Assembly (NCBI GenBank): GCA_964016885.1
Contig: OZ024740.1
Location: 398,660,001-398,724,000, forward strand
Length of the DNA stretch: 64,000 bases
Origin: Eledone cirrhosa
Taxonomy: Eukaryota
Direction: 5' to 3'
Shown here piece by piece: positions 27,216-39,913 of this stretch. How positions within the stretch are numbered: the stretch's first letter is position 1; each line of letters begins with the position of its first letter. The translations under genes and the position numbers were made by a program. Under the pieces are notes generated by a model. The model did not search any database. It was not told where the DNA came from and saw only the letters and a program-made list of their open reading frames with translations.

Positions 27216-29744
27216 TTCCTATGTAACATTCTTCTGCTTCACCACATGAAGAAAATGATGTTAGGTAGCAAAATCCCACTGATCTCCAGCTAACAACTAT
27301 GAGTGTAAATGTAGATTTAAATATATTATTTCTACCTTTATCAGGTAAATATTTTGCAAGCATGACTCTGTGGTTAAGAAGTTAGTTTCACAACTATGTT
27401 GTTCTAAATTTGATCCAACTGTGTAGCATCTTGGACATGAGCCTTCTGCCATAGTTTCAGTTCAACAAAGGCCTTGTTAACTAAATTTGGTTAAAGAAAA
27501 CTGAAGAAGTCGCGTGCGTGTGTAGTATTGCAAAAAATTGGTACATTGGACGAAAATACTTGCAGTCCTTTTATTCTTCTTGTGTTGTACATTAGCATCT
27601 TTTAATATTTAAAATCTTTTGAATTTATAATTGTAATCTGTTCAAAATGCTGTTAAGTTTAAATATTAGATATATTTAAAAATAACAATTTTCAGTAAGT
27701 TATTGCCAATGTATTTTGCGATCTGTGGAATTTGAGAGCATTTTAATAAATGTTTTACTTAGTTTGGGAGAGGTTACTAAATGAAAAATAATTATATTTA
27801 AAGTTATCATGAGTTGCTTTGATTGAAATACAATCTTTGTTTACTTTTTATAGTATATTATATCTCTACAATCTACTGATGGTTTTCTACTACAACACTA
27901 CTTCAGTTTTCATTGGAGATGATTCCAGCCTTAACTTACTGTCCTTATTCATATCAACTATATTTATAGTAAATGTAAAACTTGGTATTTCTGAAAACAA
28001 AGAATAAGTGTTATCAAAATAGCTTCATACTTGATGATTTCAGTAATTTAGCAAATTGTGTGTTGTGCTAGTTATGATTATCATATATTTGGCACATGGC
28101 CCAGTTCTAATTGCCAAGATAATAAACTGTATCTATCTATCTAATTAATGTGGTGATTGATCAAAATGTTTAATTTGTGACTCAAGTACTAATGATATTT
28201 TCATTTAATGACCAGCTCAAAAAGAACCTTGTCGTATTGTTGTTGATTTTTTTCTTTTAAAGCTTAGCTGTATTTATTTCTCTAAAAGAATAGTAATTAT
28301 TTGTGAAATTATACTTTCATTTGTGTGATACTTTCTCCTCTGTCTCACTTCATTTTATACATTCACAAGACTATGGTCTTACATACAGCTCAGTTAAGAG
28401 GTTTAGTTTTATTGTCTTTGTCATTACATTCACCAATCTTGAAACAATTGTGTTTTCACCATTCTTCTAAACTGATTTCTCTTGTTAACCTAAAAAGCAT
28501 TTACATTAAATCATGTGATCTGTTAATTTGTTGCTTTTATCATTGTCACTAAAAAAGTTTGGCTTGTCAGATCATCTACTTAGTTTATCATTAGTGGGGT
28601 TTGAACTGAACCCATCGTATATATAATTATATGGTAAAGGTTAAGTTTAACTGACCCAAGTGTGGTCATCTTAAGGAGTAATTATCTAAACTTTTGATTC
28701 ATAGTTGACATATATTAATTACCTTTGACACAATTCCACACTTTATTTCAAACAAATAATACTGCATGAAAAATTTCGATTTATTTTCTTTAAACTTGGC
28801 ATAATAATTTAAATGTACAAACTTTGAAAGATTTATTGAGCTTGTGTTTTTTTTTTTTTTTTTGGGGGGGGGGGGGGTCCTCCAGTGATAAATTGCAAGT
28901 TTTTTTTTTAAATTAATTTTTAGCCTTAGTATTACTTAAAAAATAGAAATTATTTACAATGTTGGCTTCTTAATAAGAGCTACCCCTCTAAACATGGTAC
29001 CGACTACTCCAATGTATGCAATGTTTTCTCTCAATAGGATTTGTATTCTTGGATTATTACTAGTTGCATCCTTGTAATAGTAACCCTGTCAGGAAATAAT
29101 ATCTGATACAATCCATCAAAGAGGCATTTATCTGGTCACTTGGTTAGAAATAGCAACCAAATTTCCCTTTAAAAAGATATATGATCACATGTCTGCTCAA
29201 TCAGGGCTGACATGAATTTGAATAACATTTGTCTGATATTTATTTCTATCTAGAAAGGTTGAATGAAACAAATTTACTATTGCAAGTTTTTAACCCCTAT
29301 CTTTAAAATGGTTTTTTGTTTTTGTTTTTTTTCTTGTTGGCTTTTTAATAATCAAGAATTTACAGGGATTTATTAACTAATTTTCCTGTTATTAAAGTGG
29401 TGTTTAGAGCATAACTTGCTTCTTAAATAAAACTATGATTAGGAAGTTTGTAGATAAATATAAACACTTTACAAGTTTTGTATCATAACCAATGGCAGTT
29501 TGGTATCAAAAGTATTAAGTAACTTAATATGTGAAAGAGGAGAACTGTCTTGTCCATTTTAAATCTGATGGAACCCATCTCTCTCAACCAATTTCTTTCA
29601 GAGAAGGAAAGAGTGGGAGAAAGAGATATAGAGAAAGAATCAACTCCAATACTGGACTGGTACTTTTTTTATGAACCTCGGAAGGATGCAAGACTAAGTT
29701 GACCATACCAGGATTTAAACTCGGAGAACTGGAATAAATACTGC

Positions 29745-30277
29745 GAAGATGGGCAAGGCCATTGGGGAGGATCTAATTCAGCCCAAGGTGTTAAAAGCCT
29801 TAAATAGAGAAGGGGATTCACTGGCTGATTTGTGTGTGCCAGGTAGCCTGGATCTCTGGAAAGGCACCTAAGCAATGGCAATCAGGAGTGATATCCTAAT
29901 TTTCAAAAAGGGAGACAAGAGAGGTTGCTCTAATTATTGAGGGATCTCCTCGTTAAACCTCTATGGTAAAGTCTATGCTAAGTGTCTGGCAAAGAGATGT
30001 AGAGATATTGTTGAGTCCAAGCTAGCTAACAAACAGTGGTTTTCACCCTGGATACAGCAAAGCCAACCAAATATTCACACTGCAGCAAGTCTTTAAGAAA
30101 CCATGGGAGTATTGCCAAGAGATGTATTCTTGTTTCATAAACCTCGAAAAGGCATATGACAGCGTTCCATAGGACTTGTTGTGGAAGGTTCTGCAGGAGT
30201 ATGGCATTGATCGACAGCTTCTTGTTGCCCTGATGTCTCTATATGAATGCCCTAGTATTTGTGTTCGAATAAATGGC
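29745..30277 (+). mobile_element. Internal fragment of the same RTE family
   Basis: Homologous to 25820-26340, including NLEKAYD motif. Confidence 0.8.
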
Positions 30278-30304
30278 GCTTCATCGAATCGTGTATAAAT
30301 AACG

Positions 30305-30580
30305 AAGGCACGTGGCTCAGCTCACAATCGGTCAAGAGTTCAATTCCTGGTGGCACATTGTGTCCTTGAGCAAGACACTTTATTTCACGTTGCTCCAATC
30401 CACTCAGCTGGCAAAAGTGAGTTGTACCTGTAGTTCGAAGGACCAGCCTTGTCACACTGAATCTCCCTGAACTATGTAGAGGATATGCGTGTCTGTGGAA
30501 TGCTTGGCCACTTGCACATTAATTTCATGAGTAGGCTGTTCCATTGATCAGATCAACTGGAACACTCGTTGTCATAACCA
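30305..30580 (+). mobile_element. tRNA-headed SINE
   Basis: GGCACGTGGCTCAG..GAGTTCAATTCC head and TCCTTGAGCAAGACACTTTATTTCAC body; minus-strand relatives about 47120-47400 and 60610-60895. Confidence 0.75.
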
Positions 30581-31089
30581 ACAGTGTGCCTTCAATAAAT
30601 AACATAAATAATAATTTACAATTACCACATAAGATAAAAAGTAAAAATGAAAACAAAACAACTTATTAAATACCATGAGGCAAATAAAATAACTAAAATA
30701 TGAAGTAGGGAAGAAGTCATTAAAGTTTAGGTAGTAGGGAGGTGATGGTAGGAACTTATGATATACTAATACTATAGTTGCATTCAATGGGTGCCGACCT
30801 GTTTCTCTTTTATAAATTATATCTCTCTTTTTTTCTTATTAACTGCCTCTATTTACACCTTCCCTATCACCAATTATTTCATTCTAGTGTTAATACAGTT
30901 GCTTGATTTGTATAGAATATGATGGGTCCTACAAACTCAATTTATTTACATTATTTTAAGTATTACATAATGATATTATGTCCTCTCTGTCTGACTTCTT
31001 TCTCTCTTCTCCCCCTTGCTCTTTTATCATTTCCCTGTAATTCCTAAATGCTCCATCAATTTTCAAAATTTCATATTCTCTTTCTCCAG

Positions 31090-31204
31090 GGATATTGACA
31101 AAGTGCATGATTTGATGGATGATGTAGCTGAACAGCAAGAGGTTGCCAATGAAATTTCAGAAGCTATTTCCAATCCTATTGGTTTTGGACAAGATGTTGA
31201 TGAG
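31090..31204 (+). CDS. CHMP4: CHMP4 coding exon, 115 bp
   Basis: ctccag| ... |gtaatg; DIDKVHDLMDDVAEQQEVANEISEAISNPIGFGQDVDE; phase matches preceding exon (AT|G). Confidence 0.96.
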
Positions 31205-31691
31205 GTAATGAATGATTCAATCTTTGTTGCAATTACTCAAGCTCAATTATATTTTAGTTTATTCAGTGTGGTTTCTGTGCAGAGATCACTTCAAATGCAG
31301 CCATTTAATATCACCTCTCTTCTTCACTTCACTTCTAGATTTCATTCGAAACACTTTCATCTATTTTTCTTCTTGTCTATATTTGCCATCCTACTAACTT
31401 ACAGTAATTTAAATCAAGCATTTAGCTACCCTAACGTCATTCTTTGATGAAATTAGAAATTTATAATACATTCTAAACATAGATTCATTCATGTAGAGGT
31501 TTGAGTGTATGCATTTGAAATTTCTTTAGTAATGCCTAAAACAGGTTCTTAGCGCCGGTATGAGTACTTTACAGAATCAAGACTTTAGATTGATTGAAAC
31601 AGGGGTGTTTGAATTAGTAAAATGTTGGTTATTATGATATGAATCATTAAGGAAGTTCATTATTTTTATCTCTTTGTCTTCTTATTCTCAG

Positions 31692-31824
31692 GATGAATTA
31701 ATACAAGAACTTGAAGCGCTGGAACAAGAAGAATTGGAACGTGAATTGCTTAATGTTGGAACACCTGTCACAGATCAACTGCCATCAGTACCAACGAGTG
31801 AACTTGAGGCGGATGTTGCATCCA
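31692..31824 (+). CDS. CHMP4: CHMP4 coding exon, 133 bp
   Basis: ctcag| ... |gtaaga; DELIQELEALEQEELERELLNVGTPVTDQLPSVPTSELEADVAS, containing the MIM2-like LPSVP. Confidence 0.94.
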
Positions 31825-31885
31825 GTAAGAATTTGTCACTTTATTAATTCATTTACTTGTCTTAGTTTTTTTTTTATCATTAATG

Positions 31886-32213
31886 AGGCACATAGCTTAG
31901 TGGTTAGAGCATTGGCCTTGCAATCGAAAGGTTGTGAGTTCAATTCTTAGACCGGGTGATGTTGTTTCCTTGAGCAAGACACTTTATTTCACATTGCTCC
32001 AGTTTACTCAGCTGTAGAAATGAGATGATAGGGACTGGGGTCCATATCATTCCACTGCAAAGTGGTCGTGGAGGTGCCACAGCAAAAAAGCACCCAGCAC
32101 TCACTGTAAATGAGGTTGGTGTTAGGAAGGGCATCCAGCTGTAGAAATCAAGCCAAAATCAGTTCCCACCTTTGCAAGCAGGGAAAAAGCAGACGTAAAA
32201 TGAAATGATGATG
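31886..32213 (+). mobile_element. Complete tRNA-headed SINE with central 48-bp module and RTE tail
   Basis: TAGCTTAGTGG / GAGTTCAATTC boxes; tail CCCACCTTTGCAAGCAGGGAAAAAGCAGACGTAAAATG matches the LINE end at 191-230. Confidence 0.85.
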
Positions 32214-33835
32214 AATGCTAGAATAATCGCTTTTATCAGATTAGACAGTCATTTGAATATACACGGAATTAAAAGCAACCACTGTCCCAAATTTTACATC
32301 CGTTGGCTGTAAGCAATTACTATAGACAGATAAGGGTAATAACACTTTCAAGAAAGAATTTGTTCACATATCTAATAGCACAGTTATGCTAACTGCTCCT
32401 TGAATCTCCAAGCTCTGGTATTTTGATGACAATAATCCAACAACTCTGGAATCTACAGTAGATGAAATTATAACAAAGGGATGAAGTTGGTGTAAGTTGG
32501 AAGTTTTACTCACATAAACAAATATTCTCCATTAAAGAGTTTAAAATACTGATAACATACCTTACAAGAACCTTATATATACTTTTGGTAGCCTACTGAT
32601 GTATGTCAGTTTCTTACGATGCTGCATAAATTGTCTGCATTTGTTATTGGTAAAAACTACCCCAGTTTAGATACCTTGATATGAATTCCAGGAAAAAGTA
32701 GATGGGTTAGATAGCTATAATATCCTGAGGTTAGATTGGTCCAGTGACTATGAGAGGAGGAGAGTGAGGTAGTCCTAGGTGTAGTTGGTACATAACCAAC
32801 TATTTCAGAAAGCAGAGGCTACTGTAATAGTGATAAAATAGGCAATGAAGAAAACAGTGCATCTGTGGGGCAGAGGTTGTAATATGTTGGTGAGCAAATC
32901 AATTGGATGACTTTCATTTGGATAAGATTTAGGTCTAAGATATTTGTATGTATATGTTCGACCTTGAAAGTATGAAAGGCAAAGTTGACCTCGGTGAGAT
33001 TTGAACTGAATGTGCAGTGAGCTGGAATGCGACAGCAATGCTATCTAATACAAATGCTAAGATTTCTTTGTCTTATGAAAGTCTAGGATCTCTGAAAATT
33101 TTCCCTAAAATTGCAGTACTATAAATTTATACTGTCTTCAAAGATCTGTTTTCACTATGCTTTAGAGATGTAAATAGCTAAATGCTATTTACCATATATT
33201 GTAACACTGGTAAAAAACCCTGGAGAATTTTTAACTTATCATAAAATTATTCAATTAAATTGATAATTTGTGAGATGTGGATAACAGTCAGAAAATGACA
33301 ATGTTCTATGTGTTTCATTGGTGCTTCCATAGATATGTTGTAGGGCTTACCAAGCCAGTCATCTAACTATAATTATGTACAATTGGTAGGGTATAGTTCA
33401 ACACTAAGGATTATGGGTATTCAACAACTCTCATAGGTGTGCTCTTTTTGGTTTCATATACAGTCACACACACTCCATGCACACACACTCAATAGGCTTC
33501 TGAGCAGTTTCCATCTATCATATTCATTTACAAGGTGTCATGCAATGGGATTGAGTGTAAAACCACATGGCAGTGACTATATATTGTTGTGCTCCTATTA
33601 GTTTCATGTATCAGTCCAAATATATCATGGCAACCATGGAAATAGTCATTATTGACCATTTACTCAAACGTAAAAGGAGAAACTGTGCGTGAGAGAGATT
33701 GAGATATTAGTATCAGCAAAACTTTGAAGTAAACAATCACTATTAATAATCAATATTTTTTTAGTATTTAATGTATTTAATTACACAAATCTATTAAAAC
33801 AGGCATTTATACACGATGTGACCTCTGGCGTCACA

Positions 33836-34213
33836 CAGTAATACAGAGTACCCGACCTCCCATGGGTACAAGCTGAAGCATATAGACAATATGCCCCCAC
33901 ACCCTCCCACTGCAAAGTGGTCGTGGAGGTGCCAAGGCAAAAAAGCACCCAGCACTCACTGTAAATGAGGTTGGAAGGAAGGGCACCCAGCCCACACTGT
34001 AAAGTGGACGTGTAGGCGCCATGGAAAAAAAGCACCCAGCACTCACTGTAAATGAGGTTGGAAGGAAGGGCATCCAGCTGTAGAAATCAAACCAAAATCA
34101 GTTCCTGTATGAGCAAAGCATGGTCAGCCGACCAGACACTGCCCACAACAGGAGAACCCGTCTAACCCATGCTAGCATGGAAGAACGGACGTAAAACGGT
34201 GATGATGATGATA
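33836..34213 (+). mobile_element. SINE with internally duplicated modules and RTE tail
   Basis: Near-identical module to 32052-32166, present twice; ends GGACGTAAAACGGTGATGATG. Confidence 0.8.
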
Positions 34214-34214
34214 A

Positions 34215-34440
34215 TATCATTACCATTTTACGTCTAATTTCCGTGCTAGCTTGGATGGGTTGTAACAGTCAGTCAGTTTTTATTACAGTTATTGCTTTCC
34301 TAGAGAAGTCAGGATAGCCATGTCTTGCTTGTAAATTCTACTTTTACTATGGTTTCTACAATTGGATGCTCTTTGTAACACTAACCACTTAACGGAGTGT
34401 ACTGAGTAAATTTTATCATGGCATCAGCACTAGAGAGGTT
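34215..34440 (-). mobile_element. SINE, tail-to-tail with the preceding copy
   Basis: Reverse-complement tail (ATTTTACGTC..TTCCGTGCTAGC) and core (GGATGCTC..TAACACTAACCAC). Confidence 0.7.
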
Positions 34441-34772
34441 ATGTGGTCTACAAGAATAAAGAATTCTCTCGGCCCTACTAACTACTTTACCAAGTGTGGC
34501 ACTAGTGAAATTGCCTTGAACCTAGAAAGATTAGAGAATAATCACTACTCTACATTGTCTCTGTCCATTTAAGGCAATATGACAAAAAGATGAATGTAAG
34601 AGAGGACAATAAGATGAATTAGACTGTAAGTGAAATGCAAGAGTATAATGGTCAAAACACCATGATTTATGTAAGAGAGTGCTAGAGGAGGGAGTAATGG
34701 AACAGATAGTCCTGGAAGAAAAACAATAATGGCAGGAAGTAATGAAAGAAGCAGTGATTGCTCCTATGCGTT

Positions 34773-34923
34773 TGCTGGTAAAAGAGTTTGACTGGGTACT
34801 TCTGTTAAAGAGTAACACGGGTGTCCCAAGGCAAGCTCAGCGCAGATGGAAACCACACGTTGAACAAAAGCGAAAAAGCTTGCTCGATCTCGACTTTCAA
34901 TACGAATATGGACCGCGAAAGTG
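34773..34923 (+). pseudogene. 28S rRNA fragment (domain V region)
   Basis: GAGTTTGACTGGG..CTGTTAAAGAGTAACACGGGTGTCCCAAGGCAAGCTCAG..AAAAGCTTGCTCGATCTCGACTTTCAATACGAATATGGACCGCGAAAG is colinear with the conserved eukaryotic LSU core as recalled. Confidence 0.85.
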
Positions 34924-34946
34924 CTTATTTTTATTTATTTTATATA

Positions 34947-36198
34947 TTGGGTTGTGGAATAAGTCGTGACCGTTTTTCAAAATGTTTTATTGTCATAGTT
35001 TTACAATGCATAAAACTAGTCAACAAGATAATCTCTGTTGTTGTTGATGACCTCCTCCCATCGTTCAATAAGTTTATCTATGCCTTGGCGATAAAAGCTT
35101 GGTGGTTTTGAGCTGAAGAATTGGTTCAACCAAGCGCTCAATTCCACATCATTATTGAACGATACACCACGCAATGCATTCGAAAGTGATCGAAAAAGGT
35201 GGAAATCTGATGGTGCCAAGTCTGGAGAGTATGGTGGATGAGGTAACACTTCCCATCCGAGTTCTTGAATCACGGCTTTGGTCATATTGGCAATGTGAGG
35301 ACTGGCGTTGTCGTGCTGCAGAAGAACACATTTTTGCTGAATTGCCTCGTTGAGTCGGTGCAGTTGTTGAACATAGAGCTCTGCATTTACAGTTTGGTTG
35401 CACTCAAACAATTCGTAATGGATTATCCCTTCCAAGTCCCACCATACACACAATATGGTCTTTCGAGGATGAAGGTCTTGTTTTGCTCGAGGAGTCGCTT
35501 GTTTATTAGGGCTGAGCCATTCTTTACGCTGTTTCATGTTGACATAGAGATACCATTTTTTATCGCCCGTGACAATGCGGTAAAGAAAGCGATGCTTGTG
35601 ACCATGTGTTAAGCGATGTCGAGCGAGCAAACTGGCGGAAATCGTGGAGCGCTGATTTCTGTTATTTTCGCTGAAAGCGTGTGTCACCCATGCACCAAGT
35701 TTCTGAACCTTGCCCATTGAGTGAAGGTGATTTACCACAGTTTTGTGGTCACAATTCATCTGTTCGGCCAATTCTCTGGTCGTCTGACGTGGATTTTCGT
35801 GAAGAAGTTGGTTTAATCGCTCCTTATCAAATTCAATTGGTCGGCCGGAGCGTGACCCGTCCTTAAGCTCAAAATTCCCATTTTTAAAGCGTGAAAACCA
35901 AAGGATGCGGTACGTTGAGGCATTGCTCCATCTCCATACATGTCACAAATCTCACGAGCAGCTTTGGCGACGTTAAAACCTCGATAAGGTGTCAAAAATG
36001 CTCAATTCTGTTCACTTGACATTCCATTTTAATGCTCTGAAACTGAACGAAAAGCAATGAAATTAAAAAAACAAAGACGCTATCTTTTAGAGCAATAAAA
36101 TCTCATTGAACAAACATAAAACATTTGCAAATGTGTTCCGTTTCTCCATACATTTTTCTAATTTGAAAAAAACAGTCACGACTTATTCCCCAACCTAA
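34947..36198 (-). mobile_element. Full-length mariner (DD34D) DNA transposon, about 1.25 kb, transposase disrupted
   Basis: TIRs TTGGGTTGTGGAATAAGTCGTGACCGTTTTT / reverse complement TTAGGTTGGGGAATAAGTCGTGACTGTTTTT; TA on both sides; IVTGD, HDNA-(34 aa)-D, HPPYSPDLAPSD. Confidence 0.95.
35016..36027 (-). pseudogene. mariner transposase; frameshifted N-terminus, catalytic domain open 35016-35771
   Basis: ATG at 36027; HTH remnants (AKAAREICDMYG); catalytic triad spacing intact. Confidence 0.88.
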
Positions 36199-36204
36199 TA
36201 TATA

Positions 36205-36570
36205 TCATCAGCACCGTTTAACATCCATTTTCCATGTTAATATGGATTAAATGAGCTGTCCTGTTGTGAGACAAGCCAGATCAGATGACTGTTTTTTGCT
36301 CATACATAACTGATTTGGGTTTGGTTTCTACGGCTGGATGCCTGTCCTAACACCAACCACATTTACAGTGTACTTTACAGATACTTTTTGTCATGACACC
36401 TACACATGCACTTTACAGTGTAGACTGGGTGCTTTTTGTTTTGAAACCTACATGACCGCTTTACAATGTGGATCGGGTGCTTTTTGTCCTGACACCAACA
36501 CGACCACTTTACAGTGTCGGCTGGGTGCTTTTTGTCATGACACTTACACGACTTTACAGTGTAGACTGGG
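36205..36570 (-). mobile_element. SINE with about five tandem 48-bp modules
   Basis: Repeated ACACTGTAAAG..GTGTCATGACAAAAAGCACCCAG units on -, then the core and RTE tail. Confidence 0.8.
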
Positions 36571-36658
36571 CGGTCCTTTGGTTTCAAAGCTTTTAACAAT
36601 GTAATTTGCAAGTTATACATGTTTCATTGTTGCTAATTCTTTACTTTTTTTCTTACAG

Positions 36659-36717
36659 GCCAGAAAGTAAAAGAGGAAGAGGAAGATTACTCAGCACTTA
36701 CTATGTGGGCTGAATAA
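36659..36717 (+). CDS. CHMP4: CHMP4 terminal coding exon
   Basis: Polypyrimidine tract then ttacag|; (S)QKVKEEEEDYSALTMWAE*, with the acidic run and LxxW ending typical of CHMP4. Confidence 0.92.
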
Positions 36718-37114
36718 CGGGAATCTTAATGCTTATATGTTGCCATCACCCATCAACTAAAATGGAACTAAGAGTTGCTAGCACAACCAACATACCTGCT
36801 ACTATTGTTTTAATCATTTGCCACAAGACCATAAAAACTGACTATGTATGACTTAATCTTCTTCTCTCCTTTCTCGCCAGAATTACATAATTCTTTCTTT
36901 TGTTGATACTGGCTGGTTGCTTTTAGCCTTTTAGCTGCTCACAACCATTTCTTACAACTATTAGGGTTGTGAAAAATTCTGCTAATATCAATGCTTTTCT
37001 ACAAGTGGTTAATATTAATGCTATTGAGTACAATGGCAAAATGAGGTTGTTGCCTAACCAACATTTTTGCTACTGATAAATATCATACACTAGGGTCACC
37101 TTTTAGTTGCATGC

Positions 37115-37143
37115 ATATATATATATATATATATATACATACA

Positions 37144-37177
<34 letters not shown>

Positions 37178-37202
37178 AATATATATATATGTATATATAT
37201 AT
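37115..37202. repeat. (TA)n/(TACA)n microsatellite in presumed CHMP4 3' UTR
   Basis: Direct reading. Confidence 0.9.
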
Positions 37203-38990
37203 AGCTAAAATAAATATTTGAAACAGATCAATTATTCTGGCTTAGAGTTTTTGAGGTGTACTTCTGTGAATGAGAAATCTGGGAAGAAGTATATAATTAA
37301 TGAAAAAAGGGGGGAAAATAAAATGGAGATAATTCCACTAAGTTGTTATTGTGGCTAATGAAATTTCAAAAGTGCAGAGTGGAACTCAATTTCATTCATG
37401 ATGACTTGTAAGTGCTCTTTTTAAAAACTGTCTGCAGTGGAAATTATAAGCAAATGCAGAGCAAAAAAAAAAAAAAAAAAGAAAAGAAAAATATGTATGG
37501 TAATGATGAGGATAATAACAAAAATCATTAAGAAATGTGTGTTTGGGTGTGCACACATACACTGCATATACACACAAACAGCTACATGAGGTATATGCAA
37601 ACATAGAAATATGTATTAAACAAACAAAAAAAAAGAAAACAAAAATTGTTGGTGGGGATAAAAAAAAAATATGTGGAAGCATATTATAAATGATGATAAA
37701 TAAAATGGTGAAAAAAAGGGATGTTTTGAACGTTTTTACTGAAACTACTTGTACAGGTTTTTTTCCCCTTCCCTGTGTTTGCTTTTACTTTGATAGCTAA
37801 TAAATATTCCTATGGCTACCACTATTCTCATTGCAATTCACATCTGTTGTATACCTCTGTTTTCTGAGGAAATATCAAACAAAGCTTCTATCCTGTGTGT
37901 TTGCTGCAAGTACATCAAATGATACTCATGTCCATAAGCTGCATCTTTTGTTAGTATAGGTTCTATAACTGCTATCTCATTCTATCACCTAATGGTTAAG
38001 TGAATAAGATCTTTCACTCTTTCTCCCTTTTTTCACAATAAGTTGTTTTTTTTTATTTGATTATTTCCTCTTATATTCAGATCCACTATCTTGATAACAT
38101 TTCCCTCAGCAATAATAATAATATATTTTCGTTTTCTGTTAGCATTTGTTTCAAGAATATATCTTTTATATGTCTATATCTATATACATGAAAAATATAA
38201 TAAATGTACATTTGATATTGCTAATACAACCTTTCATATATGCTAAGCTACTGTTCCCACGTTCCTGCTTATTGCATTCAACCAGCTAGAAAAACCATCT
38301 TTTATACATTCACACACACATTCTCTTGCTGTCACTCTCTCAATCTCAGTTATATTGGTATTAATGAGGCAAGAGTTAGACATTTACTTTTTAAGTTTTG
38401 ATTGCTCATTTGATTTCTTTGTAAATTTGTTATATAAATATATTTTAAACAAAATAACATCTTCTCTACTTCACAAGCTATATTTTAAGACTTCTTCTAT
38501 TGATAATATTACCCTTCTTTAAATAGCGGTTTTTTATTTCCATGTTGTGAATACTTTTTGGAGTTACTAACAACACTATAATTAGTTGTTAAAGTATTAC
38601 TTTAATTTTATTTTATTTTTTTACTTGGCTTCTTTGCACTTCTAAGTTTGTTTTAGAATAGTCCCAAAAATACTTTCTGTTCAAAGATTTCAATTAATTG
38701 AAAAACTTTATTTTTTCTCCAGTGTGTATCTCTGGTGTTTAAAATTCTTTTATAACTATAATTTATTTTACAACCTTCAAACTTGATGGCAGAAAGCCTT
38801 TATTTTTTATTCCCTCTATTTTTTGTTGTTGCTGTACTAGTACTTGTCTTACTACTGCTACTAATACTACTACTAATACTACCCTTGCCACTTGTCTCTA
38901 TGACATTTTCTAAAATGCATGAATGCGCAGAATTCTAACTAATGACATCTGAACACATGGCATTTGTTTAGAAATCTTCTTTATCAATTC

Positions 38991-38996
38991 AATAAA
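38991..38996 (+). terminator. Candidate CHMP4 polyadenylation signal
   Basis: AATAAA followed by T/GT-rich sequence, closing a 2.3-kb stretch with no recognisable transposon; earlier AATAAA sites also exist. Confidence 0.4.
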
Positions 38997-39913
38997 TATT
39001 ACTTATTGAATATCTTGTCTTATGTATTTTATTTAATTCTTTTATTCTTTTTAAAAAATGTTTAAGCAAGAACGTGGAACAGTTTAAAAAATAAACCAAC
39101 CTGTACACAATTTTATGTATACATAATTGAACATAATTCAGTTAAGTAAGGCAATGTGTAAATGTCACGTATTTAGAAATAAGTATACTTGCGGATACTA
39201 ACATGTATGGATGAATGAATGTATTAAAATATCTACATGTGTGTGTGTAACCATAACCCTTAATGATTTGTTGGGTCACCTTCAAAGTTTGTGTCCCATC
39301 CCACTTCAAGACATTTAAAGTAACTGGTAGAAATTGCATATCCAGAAAGGGATGTAGCTTAACAAAGGATTGAATTTGTCACCAACTCAATCCCTAACAT
39401 ACTTAACATTACTATCTATTACATTCAACACCAGTAAAAATGAAGATCTATGTTATATGAAGTGTCAATATATATGAAGTTTCTTATAAGAAAATGAGTT
39501 TTAGTTTCGAATAAACAATACCTTTAACCTGAATTTTAAAGCATTAAAAACACTAACATTTGCCTGTCCCTGCCATTAATTGAGACAACCTGTAGCTAAA
39601 TATTTGCTATTTTACATGTTATGAGACAACTATATTCCTAACTGCCAGGGTAACTCTGCATTGCTCCCTAACATTCCTGTTTAATACTAAATTGCCTATT
39701 GCAGAATACTTTTACAACCTCTTCTACCTCTTCCCACATAAGGGACCACCTTTATGCTAGGTCACAACAGACCACTTCCATGTCGACTCCATTTGGATTT
39801 GGAAGTCCCCTATATCAAAAGACTGTACAAATGAGATGTAGACTTCACAAACCACATTGCAGGTTACCCATCTTAGAGAATAGTAACTCCAAATAGAACT
39901 TAAGCAAGAGTCT

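Noticed and set aside
28846-28877. T-run/G-run and other poly-G tracts (about 16699, 59360) as G-quadruplex elements
   Set aside because: Simple homopolymers with no further supporting context
31205-31447. Open frame continuing past the CHMP4 donor, giving a hydrophobic tail
   Set aside because: T-rich intron read-through; canonical downstream exons complete the protein
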